Of a DNA stretch of 64,000 nt, positions 47,247-56,649 are shown one piece after another. The position numbers and the translations under genes were made by a program. This DNA is from Xanthobacteraceae bacterium (GTDB lineage: Bacteria; Pseudomonadota; Alphaproteobacteria; Rhizobiales; Xanthobacteraceae). The notes below the pieces were generated by a model. That model searched no databases, was not told where the DNA came from, and was given only the letters and a program-made list of their open reading frames with translations. The DNA is taken from positions 65 to 64,064 of the forward strand of contig JBEKRD010000009.1 in NCBI GenBank assembly GCA_049519075.1. Reading direction: 5' to 3'. The stretch's first letter is position 1; each line of letters starts with the position of its first letter.

Positions 47247-47399
47247 TCAGTGCCGCGCGAAGATGATTCGAAGCCGGCGCGCCTACTGCGACGTGGCGTC
47301 GCGACTGCCGCCGCTGCCTTGAGCGCCGGTCACGAAAAGTGTCATGTTTTGGCCGTACCGTCTCGGCGCGGCATGGACGCCGACAATCGGGGAGAGCGC

Positions 47400-48353
47400 A
47401 TGCCGGCGGCCGAGCGACGGGCCACGCGACACGCTAAGCGATCGCTGTTTCAGGTCTTGTCGCTTGGCGCACTGGTTGCGGGCGTGCTGGTCGCAGTTTT
47501 GACCGAGCCCCGAGCGCAACCGGCGCCAGGTGAAGGTGGGCTCGTGCTCGCCGCGGATACGGCGCTCGGCGAAGCCATGCGCTCAGGCGATCGCTCGACC
47601 GCGCGCCGGTTGCTTTCCCTGCAATTCACCTACACGGACGAGACCGGCAAGATTCATAGCCGTAAGGAATTTCTCGGCGATCTCAAGAGTGTCGCTTCGG
47701 TGCCCGCCACCGGCGCGAAGGTGACGGTCTATGGTCTCGTCGCCATGGTCACCGAGCTGCGCAAATCGGAGCAAGATGGCGATACTTTCAATCTCCGAAT
47801 CTGGGCCAAACAGAAAGGCTCTTGGCGCGCTTTGATGCTGCAAGATGTTGGGCTTGCCGCTGCGGATGCGCCGTCAACCATTCCGCGGCCGCCGGAACTG
47901 CCGCAGGCGGTCCGGGAGTTAGTCAAACTCTACGAATGCAAAAACCCTTGCGAAACGATTCCCTACCGCGTTCGTTCGCCGGCCGAGCAGGACGTCATCA
48001 CGACCTATCAGGCGATCGAGCGATCAATGGTGGCTCACGATGCGGGGGAATATCAAAAGCACTTTGCCGAAGAATACATGTACTACGGATCGGGCTTTCC
48101 GCCGGTCCCGAAATCCGGCCGCATCGCCCGCGTCGAGGATGAGAAAGACAAAAACATTCCCACAATGCTCACCGCCATCCATTCAATGCGGCTGTGGGTC
48201 TATGGCGATAGTGCTGTGATGGTTTCGGAGAATGGCGTGCCGGACGAGACCGAGCCGCTGTTGCGCATCGCCCGCGTTTGGGTAAAACGCAACGGCCAGT
48301 GGCAAATGGCGATCAGCGCGCAGACCGACGTCAAAGCGCCGCAACAACATTGA
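47400..48353 (+). CDS. Secreted protein with two NTF2-like / DUF4440-like domains
   Basis: ATG 47400 lies 5 nt after GGGGAG. Signal-anchor LFQVLSLGALVAGVLVAVL. Two SnoaL/DUF4440-like halves (ALGEAMRSGDRSTARRLLSLQFTYTDETG..., and TYQAIERSMVAHDAGEYQKHFAEEY...). Confidence 0.5.
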   Translation: MPAAERRATRHAKRSLFQVLSLGALVAGVLVAVLTEPRAQPAPGEGGLVLAADTALGEAMRSGDRSTARRLLSLQFTYTDETGKIHSRKEFLGDLKSVASVPATGAKVTVYGLVAMVTELRKSEQDGDTFNLRIWAKQKGSWRALMLQDVGLAAADAPSTIPRPPELPQAVRELVKLYECKNPCETIPYRVRSPAEQDVITTYQAIERSMVAHDAGEYQKHFAEEYMYYGSGFPPVPKSGRIARVEDEKDKNIPTMLTAIHSMRLWVYGDSAVMVSENGVPDETEPLLRIARVWVKRNGQWQMAISAQTDVKAPQQH

Positions 48354-48422
48354 GCGTGATCCGGAAAAAGCCTGCCCCGGACTTGATCCGGGGTGGGAGC
48401 CGGTTTGTCGAAAAGATCACGC
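48354..48422. repeat. REP-like palindromic element, same family as 46647-46695 but in opposite orientation
   Basis: Outer inverted repeat GCGTGATC...GATCACGC, inner hairpin CCCCGGA-N5-TCCGGGG. Shares TGATCCGGAAAAG and CCGGTT...CGAAAAGATCA with the reverse complement of 46647-46695. Confidence 0.65.
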
Positions 48423-48436
48423 GCAATTAAAAGGCT

Positions 48437-49426
48437 CTAATTTTGCGGCAACGGCTCGATCCTGAGTTGCTTGGCGAATTTCGCGACCTGGGAACGCTGC
48501 TCATCGATCGATTTGGCGAATTCCTCCGGGCCGCCGACATTGAGGAGCTGGCCGGTGGCGGCCAAGCGGTCCTTGATGGTGTCGTCGGCGACCGCGCGGA
48601 TGTCTGACGTGATCCGTTCGCGAAGCTCGCGCGGCATTCCGGGCGGTCCGAACAGACCGACGAGACCGTCGACCGTCAGCGCCGGATAGCCCGCTTCCTC
48701 GACCGTGGGCAGGTTCGGCTGGTTCGGCGCGCGCACCGTGTTGGTGACGGCGAGCGGCTTGATCTTGCCGGATTCAAGCTGCGGCCGCACGATCGCGAAA
48801 GCCGATTCGTAAAGCTGCACACGTCCCTCGGCGAGATCGTTGGCCGCGTCCACCGGATTCTTGTAGGCGACCTTGGTGACGTTCAAGTTTTCCTGTTGCA
48901 GCCAGCCGGCAAGCAGGAAATCCAGCGCGCCGGTCACGCCGGCCCAATTCAGCTTGCCCGGCTCGGCGCGGGCCAGCGCGACGAACTGAGCGAGCGAAGC
49001 GACGTTGAGGCTGGCCGGCACCGAAATGGCAACGATGGTGTTGGATATCCGCGCGACCGGCACCAGATCGCTCGGCTTGTAGGGCAGGTTCTCGTGCAGA
49101 AACGGATGCGCGGTGAACGACGAGGTCGGCGTCAACAACAGCTGATGGTCGTCGTGAGCGCCGACAAACACGTTGATGGCGACAATGCCGTCGCCGCCCG
49201 GCCGGTTTTCGACGACCACCGGCTGGCCCCAGCGCTGGGCGAGGCGATCGGCGAACAACCGTGCGCTGATGTCCGCGCCGCTTGCCGGTCCAAGCGTCAG
49301 GATGAGTTTCACAGGCCTGCTCGGCCACGCCTGCTCGGCCGCCGCCGAGATTGCGCCAAACAGCGCCTGCGGTGCGGCCGCAAGTCCGAGCGTCAGTCCA
49401 TGAAAGCGACGCCGCGTCAGGCGCAT
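48437..49426 (-). CDS. Bug-family (TctC-like) tripartite tricarboxylate transporter substrate-binding protein
   Basis: Signal MRLTRRRFHGLTLGLAAAP and the Bug hallmark WPSRPVKLILTLGPASGADISARLFAD. ATG 49426 follows GGAGGAG. Confidence 0.85.
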   Translation of the reverse strand: MRLTRRRFHGLTLGLAAAPQALFGAISAAAEQAWPSRPVKLILTLGPASGADISARLFADRLAQRWGQPVVVENRPGGDGIVAINVFVGAHDDHQLLLTPTSSFTAHPFLHENLPYKPSDLVPVARISNTIVAISVPASLNVASLAQFVALARAEPGKLNWAGVTGALDFLLAGWLQQENLNVTKVAYKNPVDAANDLAEGRVQLYESAFAIVRPQLESGKIKPLAVTNTVRAPNQPNLPTVEEAGYPALTVDGLVGLFGPPGMPRELRERITSDIRAVADDTIKDRLAATGQLLNVGGPEEFAKSIDEQRSQVAKFAKQLRIEPLPQN

Positions 49427-49487
49427 GATCTCCTCCCCCGTTCGCGTTTGCGGAAGCCGCCGTCTTTGCGGCGCTGGATTCCAGCCG

Positions 49488-50450
49488 CTAGCTTTCCAAT
49501 CCAGTCGGCACGTTCTTGTTCTCGCTCTCGAGTTGCATGCCGGCGGCAAGCGCCATGGTTTCCGCCAGCGCGGCAAAATCCTTGGCCAGATATTCTTCCG
49601 GATTCTTCTGCAGCGTGGCCGCGCCGAAATGGCTTTGCAGGACTTCACGCGTCGCTGCTGTCACCGGCATCGGCACGTCCATCTCGCGAGCGAGTTCGAG
49701 GCCGAGATCGAGGTCCTTGCGCAGCAGTTCCGGGGTGAACGTCGTCGCCCAGTCGAGATTGACCAAAGCCGGCGTCTTATAGGCCGTGAACATCGAGCCC
49801 ATCACGCCATTGTTGAGGAAGGCAAGGAAAGCGTGTCGCGGTACGCCCATTTTATTCGTCAGAAGCGTGATCTCGATCAGGTTCTCGATCACGACGCCGA
49901 GCATCACATTGTGCGCGATCTTGCAGACGCGCGCCAGTTCGCCGTCGCCGACATAGGACACGCCGCGCGGCGCGAACACCTCGATCAGCGGCATGGCGAG
50001 CTTGCAGGCGGCTTCGGGGCCGGACACGACTGAGGACAGCTTGCCGGCCTTGATCACCTTGGCATTGCCGCTCACCGGCGCCGCGACGAAGGCCGAGCCG
50101 AGTTCATTGAGCTTGTCGCGGATCGCGGCGGAATCCTCGACCGAGATGGTCGAGCAATCGACCACCACCGGCGGCATCTTGCCGCCCTGGCTCGACACGC
50201 CGTTCTTGCCGTACAGTACTTCCTGGACGTCCTTGCCGGTGGCGACGATCGAGAACAGCACGTCCACGGACTTCAGATCGGAGAGATGGTCGACCACCTT
50301 GCCGCCGATCTTTTCGAGCGGCTCGGCCTTGGCCCGCGTCCGATTCCAGATCGAGACGTCGTGGCCCGCCTTGATAAGCCGTTCAGCCATGGGAAAACCC
50401 ATGCGGCCCATGCCGATCCAGCCGATCTTCTGCGTGTTCTTCGTGGCCAT
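49488..50450 (-). CDS. NAD(P)-dependent beta-hydroxyacid dehydrogenase (3-hydroxyisobutyrate dehydrogenase family)
   Basis: IGWIGMGRMGFPMAERLIKAGHDVSIWNRT plus a C-terminal 6PGDH-like helical domain. ATG 50450 follows AGGAG. Confidence 0.8.
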   Translation of the reverse strand: MATKNTQKIGWIGMGRMGFPMAERLIKAGHDVSIWNRTRAKAEPLEKIGGKVVDHLSDLKSVDVLFSIVATGKDVQEVLYGKNGVSSQGGKMPPVVVDCSTISVEDSAAIRDKLNELGSAFVAAPVSGNAKVIKAGKLSSVVSGPEAACKLAMPLIEVFAPRGVSYVGDGELARVCKIAHNVMLGVVIENLIEITLLTNKMGVPRHAFLAFLNNGVMGSMFTAYKTPALVNLDWATTFTPELLRKDLDLGLELAREMDVPMPVTAATREVLQSHFGAATLQKNPEEYLAKDFAALAETMALAAGMQLESENKNVPTGLES

Positions 50451-50574
50451 ATCCAACTCCTGTGCCAAATCCCTTGAGCGTGGCGGTTTCCTAGCACAGG
50501 GCGAGGCCGCTGCAACGCTCGTGCGCGGGTGCCGGCTTGTGCTGGGCCAATGCGCCGCATTATCCTCAAAAGCA

Positions 50575-51393
50575 ATGCACGATCTCGTCGAACTTCACGA
50601 CATCGCCGCGGCGTCCGCCGTCGACGCCGGGCCGCTACGGCGCGCGGCGCGCAACCTGTTTCCCTTCGTCGTGGTCGGCGCCTTGTGGGAGGCGGTTGCG
50701 CATTTCGGGCTGTTTCCGCCGCGTCTGTTTCCGCCGTTGGAAGCAATCGCGGTCGCTTTCGTCCGGCTGACACTTGACGGCATCTTGCCGCACCACGTCC
50801 TCGACACCCTGATCCGCCTCGGCGCTGGCTTTGCTCTGGCCGCGCTGTTCGGGGTTACGATCGGCATCCTGATGGGCCGCTCGCGCCGGGCCGAGGATAT
50901 TTTTCTGCCGCTGGTCAGCATCGGCGCGCCGATCCCCGGCCTGGCTTATGCGCCGCTGTTCCTGTTGTGGTTTGGCTTGGGCAATCTCTCCGCGGTGCTG
51001 CTGGTCGCCTTCGTTGCAGCCTTCCCGATCATCTATAATTCTTGGACCGGCGTGAAAGCGGTCAAGGATATCTGGGTGCGCTCCGCGCAGGCCATGGGCG
51101 CGGACGACCGCCGGCTGTTTCGCCATGTCATCCTGCCGGGCGCGCTGCCCTATATCCTGACCGGGCTGCGTCTCGGTCTGGCGCAAGCATGGCGCATTCT
51201 GGTCGGCGTCGAGATGCTTGCCGCCGTGCCCTGGGGCCTCGGCTGGCTGATCTTCGGCGCGCGCGAATTTCTCAATACCGACGTGATGCTGGCCGGCATC
51301 GCCGCCATCGCCATCATCGGGCTCGCGCTTGAGAAGCTGGTGTTCGAGCCGCTGGAGGAATTCACCGTCGTGCGCTGGGGCATGATGACATGA
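50575..51393 (+). CDS. ABC transporter permease, NitT/TauT (SsuC/TauC-like) family, copy 1
   Basis: 272 aa from ATG 50575. Core SAQAMGADDRRLFRHVILPGALPYILTGLRLGLAQAWRILVGVEM. The track ORF (from 49993) has a spurious N-terminal extension. Confidence 0.8.
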   Translation: MHDLVELHDIAAASAVDAGPLRRAARNLFPFVVVGALWEAVAHFGLFPPRLFPPLEAIAVAFVRLTLDGILPHHVLDTLIRLGAGFALAALFGVTIGILMGRSRRAEDIFLPLVSIGAPIPGLAYAPLFLLWFGLGNLSAVLLVAFVAAFPIIYNSWTGVKAVKDIWVRSAQAMGADDRRLFRHVILPGALPYILTGLRLGLAQAWRILVGVEMLAAVPWGLGWLIFGAREFLNTDVMLAGIAAIAIIGLALEKLVFEPLEEFTVVRWGMMT

Positions 51394-52223
51394 CGTCCCT
51401 CGATCGCGTCGTGTCGAAGCAACGCATCCGCTCGCTGATGTCGAAGGACCGCATTCGGTCGTTGCGCCGTGGTGCCTTGACGCTCCTTGCCGTCGCCGCG
51501 AGCTACGAGGCCGTCGCGCGCAGCGGCTATTTTGCACCGGCCTTGATGCCGCCGCTCGCCGCCGTGGCGCGGACGCTTCTCCATTCCATTCTCGACGGCA
51601 GCATGCTGCTCCATGCCGGCGCAACGCTCTATCGTGTCGTAATCGGCTTTTTGCTCGCGGTCGCGGTCGGATTGCCGTTGGGCGTGATGATGGGTCGGTT
51701 TCGGCCGGTCGAGCATTTCGTCGTGCCGCTGACCAGCGCGTTGATGCCGATCCCGTCGCTCGCCTGGGTTCCGGTGTTCATTCTCTGGTTCGGTCTCGGC
51801 AATACCGTGACCATCCTGATCGTGTTCTACGCCGCGCTGTTTCCGATGCTGCTCAACACCTGGAACGGCGTGCGCACCGTCAATCCGATCTGGCTGCGCG
51901 CGGCCGGCGCCATGGGGGCCAATGAGCGGGCGCTGTTCTGGAAGGTTATCATCCCCGGCGCATCGCCGTTCATCATCGCGGGTTTAAGGCAATCGTTCCT
52001 GCGGTCGTGGATCGCCGTCATCGGCGCGGAAATGCTGGCGGCGTCCGACTGGGGCCTAGGCTGGGTGATTTTCGACGCCAAGGAATTCCTCGACACCGAC
52101 GTGATGCTGGCGTCGCTCGTGGTTATCGGCGGCATCGGCTTTGTCACCGAACGGCTGGTGTTCGGTTCGCTCGAGCGCGCCACCATCTATCGCTGGGGCA
52201 TGGCGCGGACGGCGAAGGGTTAG
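51390..52223 (+). CDS. ABC transporter permease, NitT/TauT family, copy 2
   Basis: 277 aa. Start overlaps the copy-1 stop (ATGA). Core AAGAMGANERALFWKVIIPGASPFIIAGLRQSFLRSWIAVIGAEM. Confidence 0.8.
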   Translation: MTSLDRVVSKQRIRSLMSKDRIRSLRRGALTLLAVAASYEAVARSGYFAPALMPPLAAVARTLLHSILDGSMLLHAGATLYRVVIGFLLAVAVGLPLGVMMGRFRPVEHFVVPLTSALMPIPSLAWVPVFILWFGLGNTVTILIVFYAALFPMLLNTWNGVRTVNPIWLRAAGAMGANERALFWKVIIPGASPFIIAGLRQSFLRSWIAVIGAEMLAASDWGLGWVIFDAKEFLDTDVMLASLVVIGGIGFVTERLVFGSLERATIYRWGMARTAKG

Positions 52224-52295
52224 GGCGCTCGCTGCCGCTCGTCCCGCGCGCCGCTCAAGTTTCGCAGGCGCCGCCGGTCTAGTCTCGGCATCATA

Positions 52296-52334
52296 CCATC
52301 ATATAGCTGCGCGCAGCCCATCATATAGCTGCGC
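52296..52334. repeat. 17-nt perfect direct repeat CCATCATATAGCTGCGC, two copies with 22-nt periodicity
   Basis: Copies at 52296-52312 and 52318-52334, indexed against track ORF 52220-52558. Lies in a 349-nt lower-GC non-coding gap upstream of cupin 1. Confidence 0.8.
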
Positions 52335-52572
52335 TGACGCACGTGAGGGAGCAATACTGAACTGTCCCAGGCAATTATGATCGAGATTTTCCCGGCAAAA
52401 GCTCGAACCATCTCGCGGGGTGAGCATGCGGGAACCGAAGATGGAACTTTTAGCGCTCGTTTTATCGCGGCATCGTTTCGGCTTCGCGATTTCATGTCAC
52501 GGCGTATTCCCATCTTCTTCGAACGGGCTTGCAGCTGGGTTCGCTGTTCTCGAGGCATAGCGGAGCACCGCC

Positions 52573-52968
52573 ATGATTCGATGCGTCAGATTGTGGAGCG
52601 GTCAGGATGGCCATTCGCATTTCGAAGAAGGCGTCATCGACCTCGAATCCGGCGCCCGCGGCGACAAGCTGAGCGGCAGGTTCCCCATCGCTTCGGTGTC
52701 ATTGCAGGAGACGGATCGCGATCCAAAACTTGGATGGCATCCGGACCCCGCGCGTCAGCTTGTCATCACGCTGAGCGGCACCTTGGAATTTGCGACCCAC
52801 GACGGCCGCTTTTCGCTTGGCGCGGGCGACATCTTGTTCACCGAAGACACGACCGCCGGCCACGATTGGACGCTGCTCGGTGATCAACCCTGGAGGCGCC
52901 TCTACGCCATTCTTGACCGGGCCACCGTCATTCCATTCCGGCCGGGCGGCCGCGCTCAGCCACTGTAG
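52573..52968 (+). CDS. Small cupin-domain protein, paralogue 1
   Basis: 131 aa. GGAG lies 7 nt upstream. Beta-barrel-type pattern HPDPARQLVITLSGTLEF...GDILFTED. Confidence 0.6.
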   Translation: MIRCVRLWSGQDGHSHFEEGVIDLESGARGDKLSGRFPIASVSLQETDRDPKLGWHPDPARQLVITLSGTLEFATHDGRFSLGAGDILFTEDTTAGHDWTLLGDQPWRRLYAILDRATVIPFRPGGRAQPL

Positions 52969-53018
52969 ATGCGGATTCACACACGGCAAAAAACGGCATT
53001 CATGACAGGAGCACGCGC

Positions 53019-53423
53019 ATGATCCGGTGTGTACGGATTTGGACAGGAGATGATCGAAACTCCCATTTCGAGGAGGGCGTCATCGATCTCGAGCCCGGCA
53101 AGCGCGGCGACGTGCTGAGCGGTAGAATGGCGACGACGTCGATTTCTTTTGAGGAGACGGCCTCGGGCGGCGCCTTCGCCTGGCATACCGCGCCGATCAG
53201 GCAATTGGTCATAACGCTGAGTGGAACGCTGGATTTCCAGACGCGCGAAGGCGAGCATTTCATGATCCGTCCGGGCGACATCCTGTTGGCCGAGGATACC
53301 GTCGGCGGCGGACATAGCTGGCGGTTGACCGACAATCAGCCATGGCGGCGCGCCTATGTCATCCTTCAACCGGGGACCGCGGTGCCGTTCCGCGCGAGAA
53401 ATTCCCAACGCGTCCCGGCCTGA
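53019..53423 (+). CDS. Small cupin-domain protein, paralogue 2
   Basis: 134 aa. AGGAG lies 7 nt upstream. Collinear with paralogue 1 (both begin MIRCVR.W.G.D..SHFEEGVIDLE and share RQLVITLSGTL.F, GDIL..EDT, DQPWRR.Y). Confidence 0.6.
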   Translation: MIRCVRIWTGDDRNSHFEEGVIDLEPGKRGDVLSGRMATTSISFEETASGGAFAWHTAPIRQLVITLSGTLDFQTREGEHFMIRPGDILLAEDTVGGGHSWRLTDNQPWRRAYVILQPGTAVPFRARNSQRVPA

Positions 53424-53482
53424 CGAGGTTCTCACGATCGCGACAGCAAATCCTCCCAATCCACACTGCCAGGAGAACATCC

Positions 53483-55015
53483 ATGCCCGACACATTCATC
53501 AGCGAACCCGACGCTGTTTTCATCGGCGCCGGTATCATGAGCGCGACGCTTGGCGTGTTTCTCAAGGAACTCGAGCCGTCGCTCAACATCGAGATGTTCG
53601 AAACCCTGGAAGGGGCGGGGCTTGAGAGCTCGGACTCCTGGAACAACGCCGGTACCGGCCACGCCGGCAATTGTGAATTGAACTACGCGCCCGAGCGCGC
53701 CGATGGCAGCATCGACATATCCAAAGCGCTGCAGATCAATGCCGAATTCGACCTGTCGCGCCAGCTCTGGTCCTACATCGTGAAGAAAGGCTCGATCAAA
53801 GATCCGAGGACCTTCATTCACCCGGTTCCCCACATGTGCTTCGTCTGGGGCGCGGAGAATGTCGCGTTTCTCAGAAAGCGATTTAAAGCCATGGCGGCGC
53901 ACCCTTCCTATTACGGCATGGAATATAGCGAGGATAGGAAGCAGATCGCCGATTGGGTCCCGTTGGTGATGGAAGGACGCGCCGGTGACGAACCGATCGC
54001 TGCGACGCGCATGATCACGGGCACGGACGTCGACTACGGCTCGCTGACCAATCATTTTATTGATCATCTCATCGCGCTGCCCGGCTTTGTTGTCCATTAT
54101 CAAAACCGCGTCACGGATATAAGCCGCGAGAAAGACGGACGCTGGCGTGTCGAGGTTAGGGACGTCAAGTCCGGCGAGCGGCGAGCGGCGACCGCCAAGT
54201 TCGTTTTCATCGGAGCCGGCGGTGGCGCACTGCCGCTGCTGCAGAAATCCGGTATCCCGGAGGGCAAGGGTTATGGCGGCTTCCCGGTTAGCGGCATTTG
54301 GCTGCGCTGCGACGACCCCGCCATCAATAAGCGCCATCATGCGAAGGTCTACGGCAAAGCGCCGCACGGATCGCCGCCGATGTCGGTGCCGCACCTCGAC
54401 ACCCGAGTGATAGGCGGACAGCACTCGCTGCTGTTCGGGCCATATGCCGGCTTCTCGAGCCGGTTCTTAAAACACGGGTCGCTCCTGGACTTATTCGAGT
54501 CAGTGAGGCCGGCCAATATCGAACCGGAACTTTCCGTGGCGCGGCACAATTTCGATCTTATGGAATATCTGATCGAGCAGGTCCTGCAGTCGGAGAGCCA
54601 TCGATTGGCGGCGCTCGACCAGTACTACCCCAACGCCAAGAGCGGGGACTGGAGGCTGCAGGTCGCGGGACAGCGCGTCGAGATCATCAAGCCTGACGTC
54701 AAACGCGGTGGCGCGCTGGAGTTGGGAACCGAGGTCGTCGCCGCGGCGGACCGCTCGCTCGTTGCGCTCTTGGGCGCCTCGCCAGGAGCGTCGACGGCGG
54801 CCTTCATCGCGATAAGCGTATTGGAAAAGTGCTTTCCAAGCGAATTGACCGCCGATGGTTGGCTGCCCAAGTTGAAAGAGATCATCCCTTCCTACGGGAT
54901 ATCGTTGATCGACGATGCCGATTTCCTCCGGCATATCCGGGCAGACACCGCGGCAACCCTCAAGGTCGACAACATCGATTCGTCGAGCGCCCCGTCATTG
55001 AAGAAAGCCGGTTGA
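53483..55015 (+). CDS. mqo: Malate:quinone oxidoreductase
   Basis: [23 protein letters not shown] and [23 protein letters not shown]; 510 aa. AGGAG precedes ATG 53483. Confidence 0.9.
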   Translation: MPDTFISEPDAVFIGAGIMSATLGVFLKELEPSLNIEMFETLEGAGLESSDSWNNAGTGHAGNCELNYAPERADGSIDISKALQINAEFDLSRQLWSYIVKKGSIKDPRTFIHPVPHMCFVWGAENVAFLRKRFKAMAAHPSYYGMEYSEDRKQIADWVPLVMEGRAGDEPIAATRMITGTDVDYGSLTNHFIDHLIALPGFVVHYQNRVTDISREKDGRWRVEVRDVKSGERRAATAKFVFIGAGGGALPLLQKSGIPEGKGYGGFPVSGIWLRCDDPAINKRHHAKVYGKAPHGSPPMSVPHLDTRVIGGQHSLLFGPYAGFSSRFLKHGSLLDLFESVRPANIEPELSVARHNFDLMEYLIEQVLQSESHRLAALDQYYPNAKSGDWRLQVAGQRVEIIKPDVKRGGALELGTEVVAAADRSLVALLGASPGASTAAFIAISVLEKCFPSELTADGWLPKLKEIIPSYGISLIDDADFLRHIRADTAATLKVDNIDSSSAPSLKKAG

Positions 55016-55181
55016 CGGCGTTCCGAGGGGCAGATCAGCGGAGGCATCAATGACCGCAAGCAAAACATCCAAGCGTCAGCCCCGGGCGGGATCGGCGCAA
55101 ATGTCGGCGGCTCCGGTGGCGACTGGACTTGGCTCTCCAAAGGTGATGGTTCGACATCATTTCGATTCTGGGAGAGACGCC

Positions 55182-56588
55182 ATGGCCGGTATGAGAAAAG
55201 AAACCGACAGTCTCGGTGTGGTTGAAGTGCCCGCGGACAAATTGTGGGGTGCGCAAACCCAGCGCTCGCTCGAGCATTTCAGCATCGGCAAGGATTTGAT
55301 GCCGCGGGAAATGATCACGGCCTACGCCACTTTGAAGAAAGCCGCCGCCATCGCCAACCATGCCGGCAAGCGCCTCGACGATCAGCGTTACAAGTTGATC
55401 GTTCAGGTCTGCGACGAAATCCTGGGCGGCCAGCATCAGGATATGTTCCCGCTGCACGTCTGGATGACGGGCAGCGGCACCCAGTTCAATATGAACGTGA
55501 ACGAAGTGATCTCCAACCGCTGCAGTCAAATCGCCGGCACACCGCTCGGCAGTCATGTGCCGGTTCATCCGAACGATCACGTCAATATGGCGCAGTCGTC
55601 CAACGATTCGTTTCCATCGGCCATGTACATCGCGGCTGCCGTCAACGTGAAGGAGCGGCTCGTTCCCGCGGTGACCGCCTTGCATGATGCGATCGACGCC
55701 AAGGCCAAAGCGTGGAGCGACATCGTCAAAATCGGGCGGACCCACATGCAGGACGCTACTCCGCTGACATTGGGCCAGGAATGGTCCGGGTATGCCGGGA
55801 TGCTGGCGGACGATCTGGAGCGGATCGAAACGGCGCTGCAAGGGGTGTATCGCCTCGCGCTCGGCGGCACGGCGGTGGGAACGGGCATCAACTCGGCGCC
55901 GGGCTTTGCTGAAGCCGCGGCGGCCGAGATCGCGCGGCTCACCGGCCTGCCCTTTGTCACCGCGCCAAACAAATTCACGGTGCAGGGTTCCCACGACGCG
56001 CTGGTGCAGCTGTCCGGCACGCTCCGCACTTTGGCCGTATCGCTCTACAAGATCGCCAACGACATCCGCCTGATGTCTTGCGGACCGCGCGCCGGCTTTG
56101 CCGAATTGGACATCCCGGAAAACGAGCCTGGCTCCTCGATCATGCCGGGCAAGGTCAATCCGACCCAGTGCGAAGCCCTCACGATGGTCGCGGTGCAGGT
56201 CATGGCCAATGACGTCGCGGTGGGCTTCGGCGGCGCCGGCGGCTATCTCGAAATGAACGTCTACAAGCCGTTGATCATCTTCAACATCACGCATTCTATT
56301 ACGATCATGACCGACAGCTGCATCAACTTCCGCAAATTCCTGGTCGAGGGCACCAAGCCCAATCTGAAGAAAATCAACGAATACGTCGAGCGCTCGCTGA
56401 TGCTGGTCACGGCGCTGGCGCCGGTCATCGGCTATGACAAAGCGTCGAAGATCGCCCACTACGCCATGGATAACGATCTCACGCTCAAAGCCGCGGCTTT
56501 GAAATTGGGCTTCGTTACGGAGGCCGAATTCGATCGCGTCGTCGATCCGAAGAAAATGGTGAAACCCTATGTGGCGACCGGCGCTTAG
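55182..56588 (+). CDS. fumC: Class II fumarate hydratase
   Basis: [23 protein letters not shown] and signature [16 protein letters not shown] (fumarase-type rather than aspartase-type). Start set to ATG 55182, after GGGAG. Confidence 0.92.
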   Translation: MAGMRKETDSLGVVEVPADKLWGAQTQRSLEHFSIGKDLMPREMITAYATLKKAAAIANHAGKRLDDQRYKLIVQVCDEILGGQHQDMFPLHVWMTGSGTQFNMNVNEVISNRCSQIAGTPLGSHVPVHPNDHVNMAQSSNDSFPSAMYIAAAVNVKERLVPAVTALHDAIDAKAKAWSDIVKIGRTHMQDATPLTLGQEWSGYAGMLADDLERIETALQGVYRLALGGTAVGTGINSAPGFAEAAAAEIARLTGLPFVTAPNKFTVQGSHDALVQLSGTLRTLAVSLYKIANDIRLMSCGPRAGFAELDIPENEPGSSIMPGKVNPTQCEALTMVAVQVMANDVAVGFGGAGGYLEMNVYKPLIIFNITHSITIMTDSCINFRKFLVEGTKPNLKKINEYVERSLMLVTALAPVIGYDKASKIAHYAMDNDLTLKAAALKLGFVTEAEFDRVVDPKKMVKPYVATGA

Positions 56589-56649
56589 CCCATGGCTGTG
56601 CGCGGAGAATTGAAATTTTAGAGCGGATGAAGGCTCGGCGAGGGGCAGC

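Noticed and set aside
48437-49426. Orphan Bug/TctC binding proteins (also 57913-58899) without TctA/TctB as an anomaly
   Set aside because: Large expansions of orphan Bug-family binding proteins are well known in several proteobacterial lineages, so orphan status is expected rather than unusual.
52220-52883. Track ORFs 52220-52558 (minus) and 52377-52883 (plus) as real genes in the lower-GC gap
   Set aside because: No Shine-Dalgarno and no recognisable domain. The plus-strand ORF runs out of frame into the well-supported cupin gene. I treat the region as non-coding (see findings).
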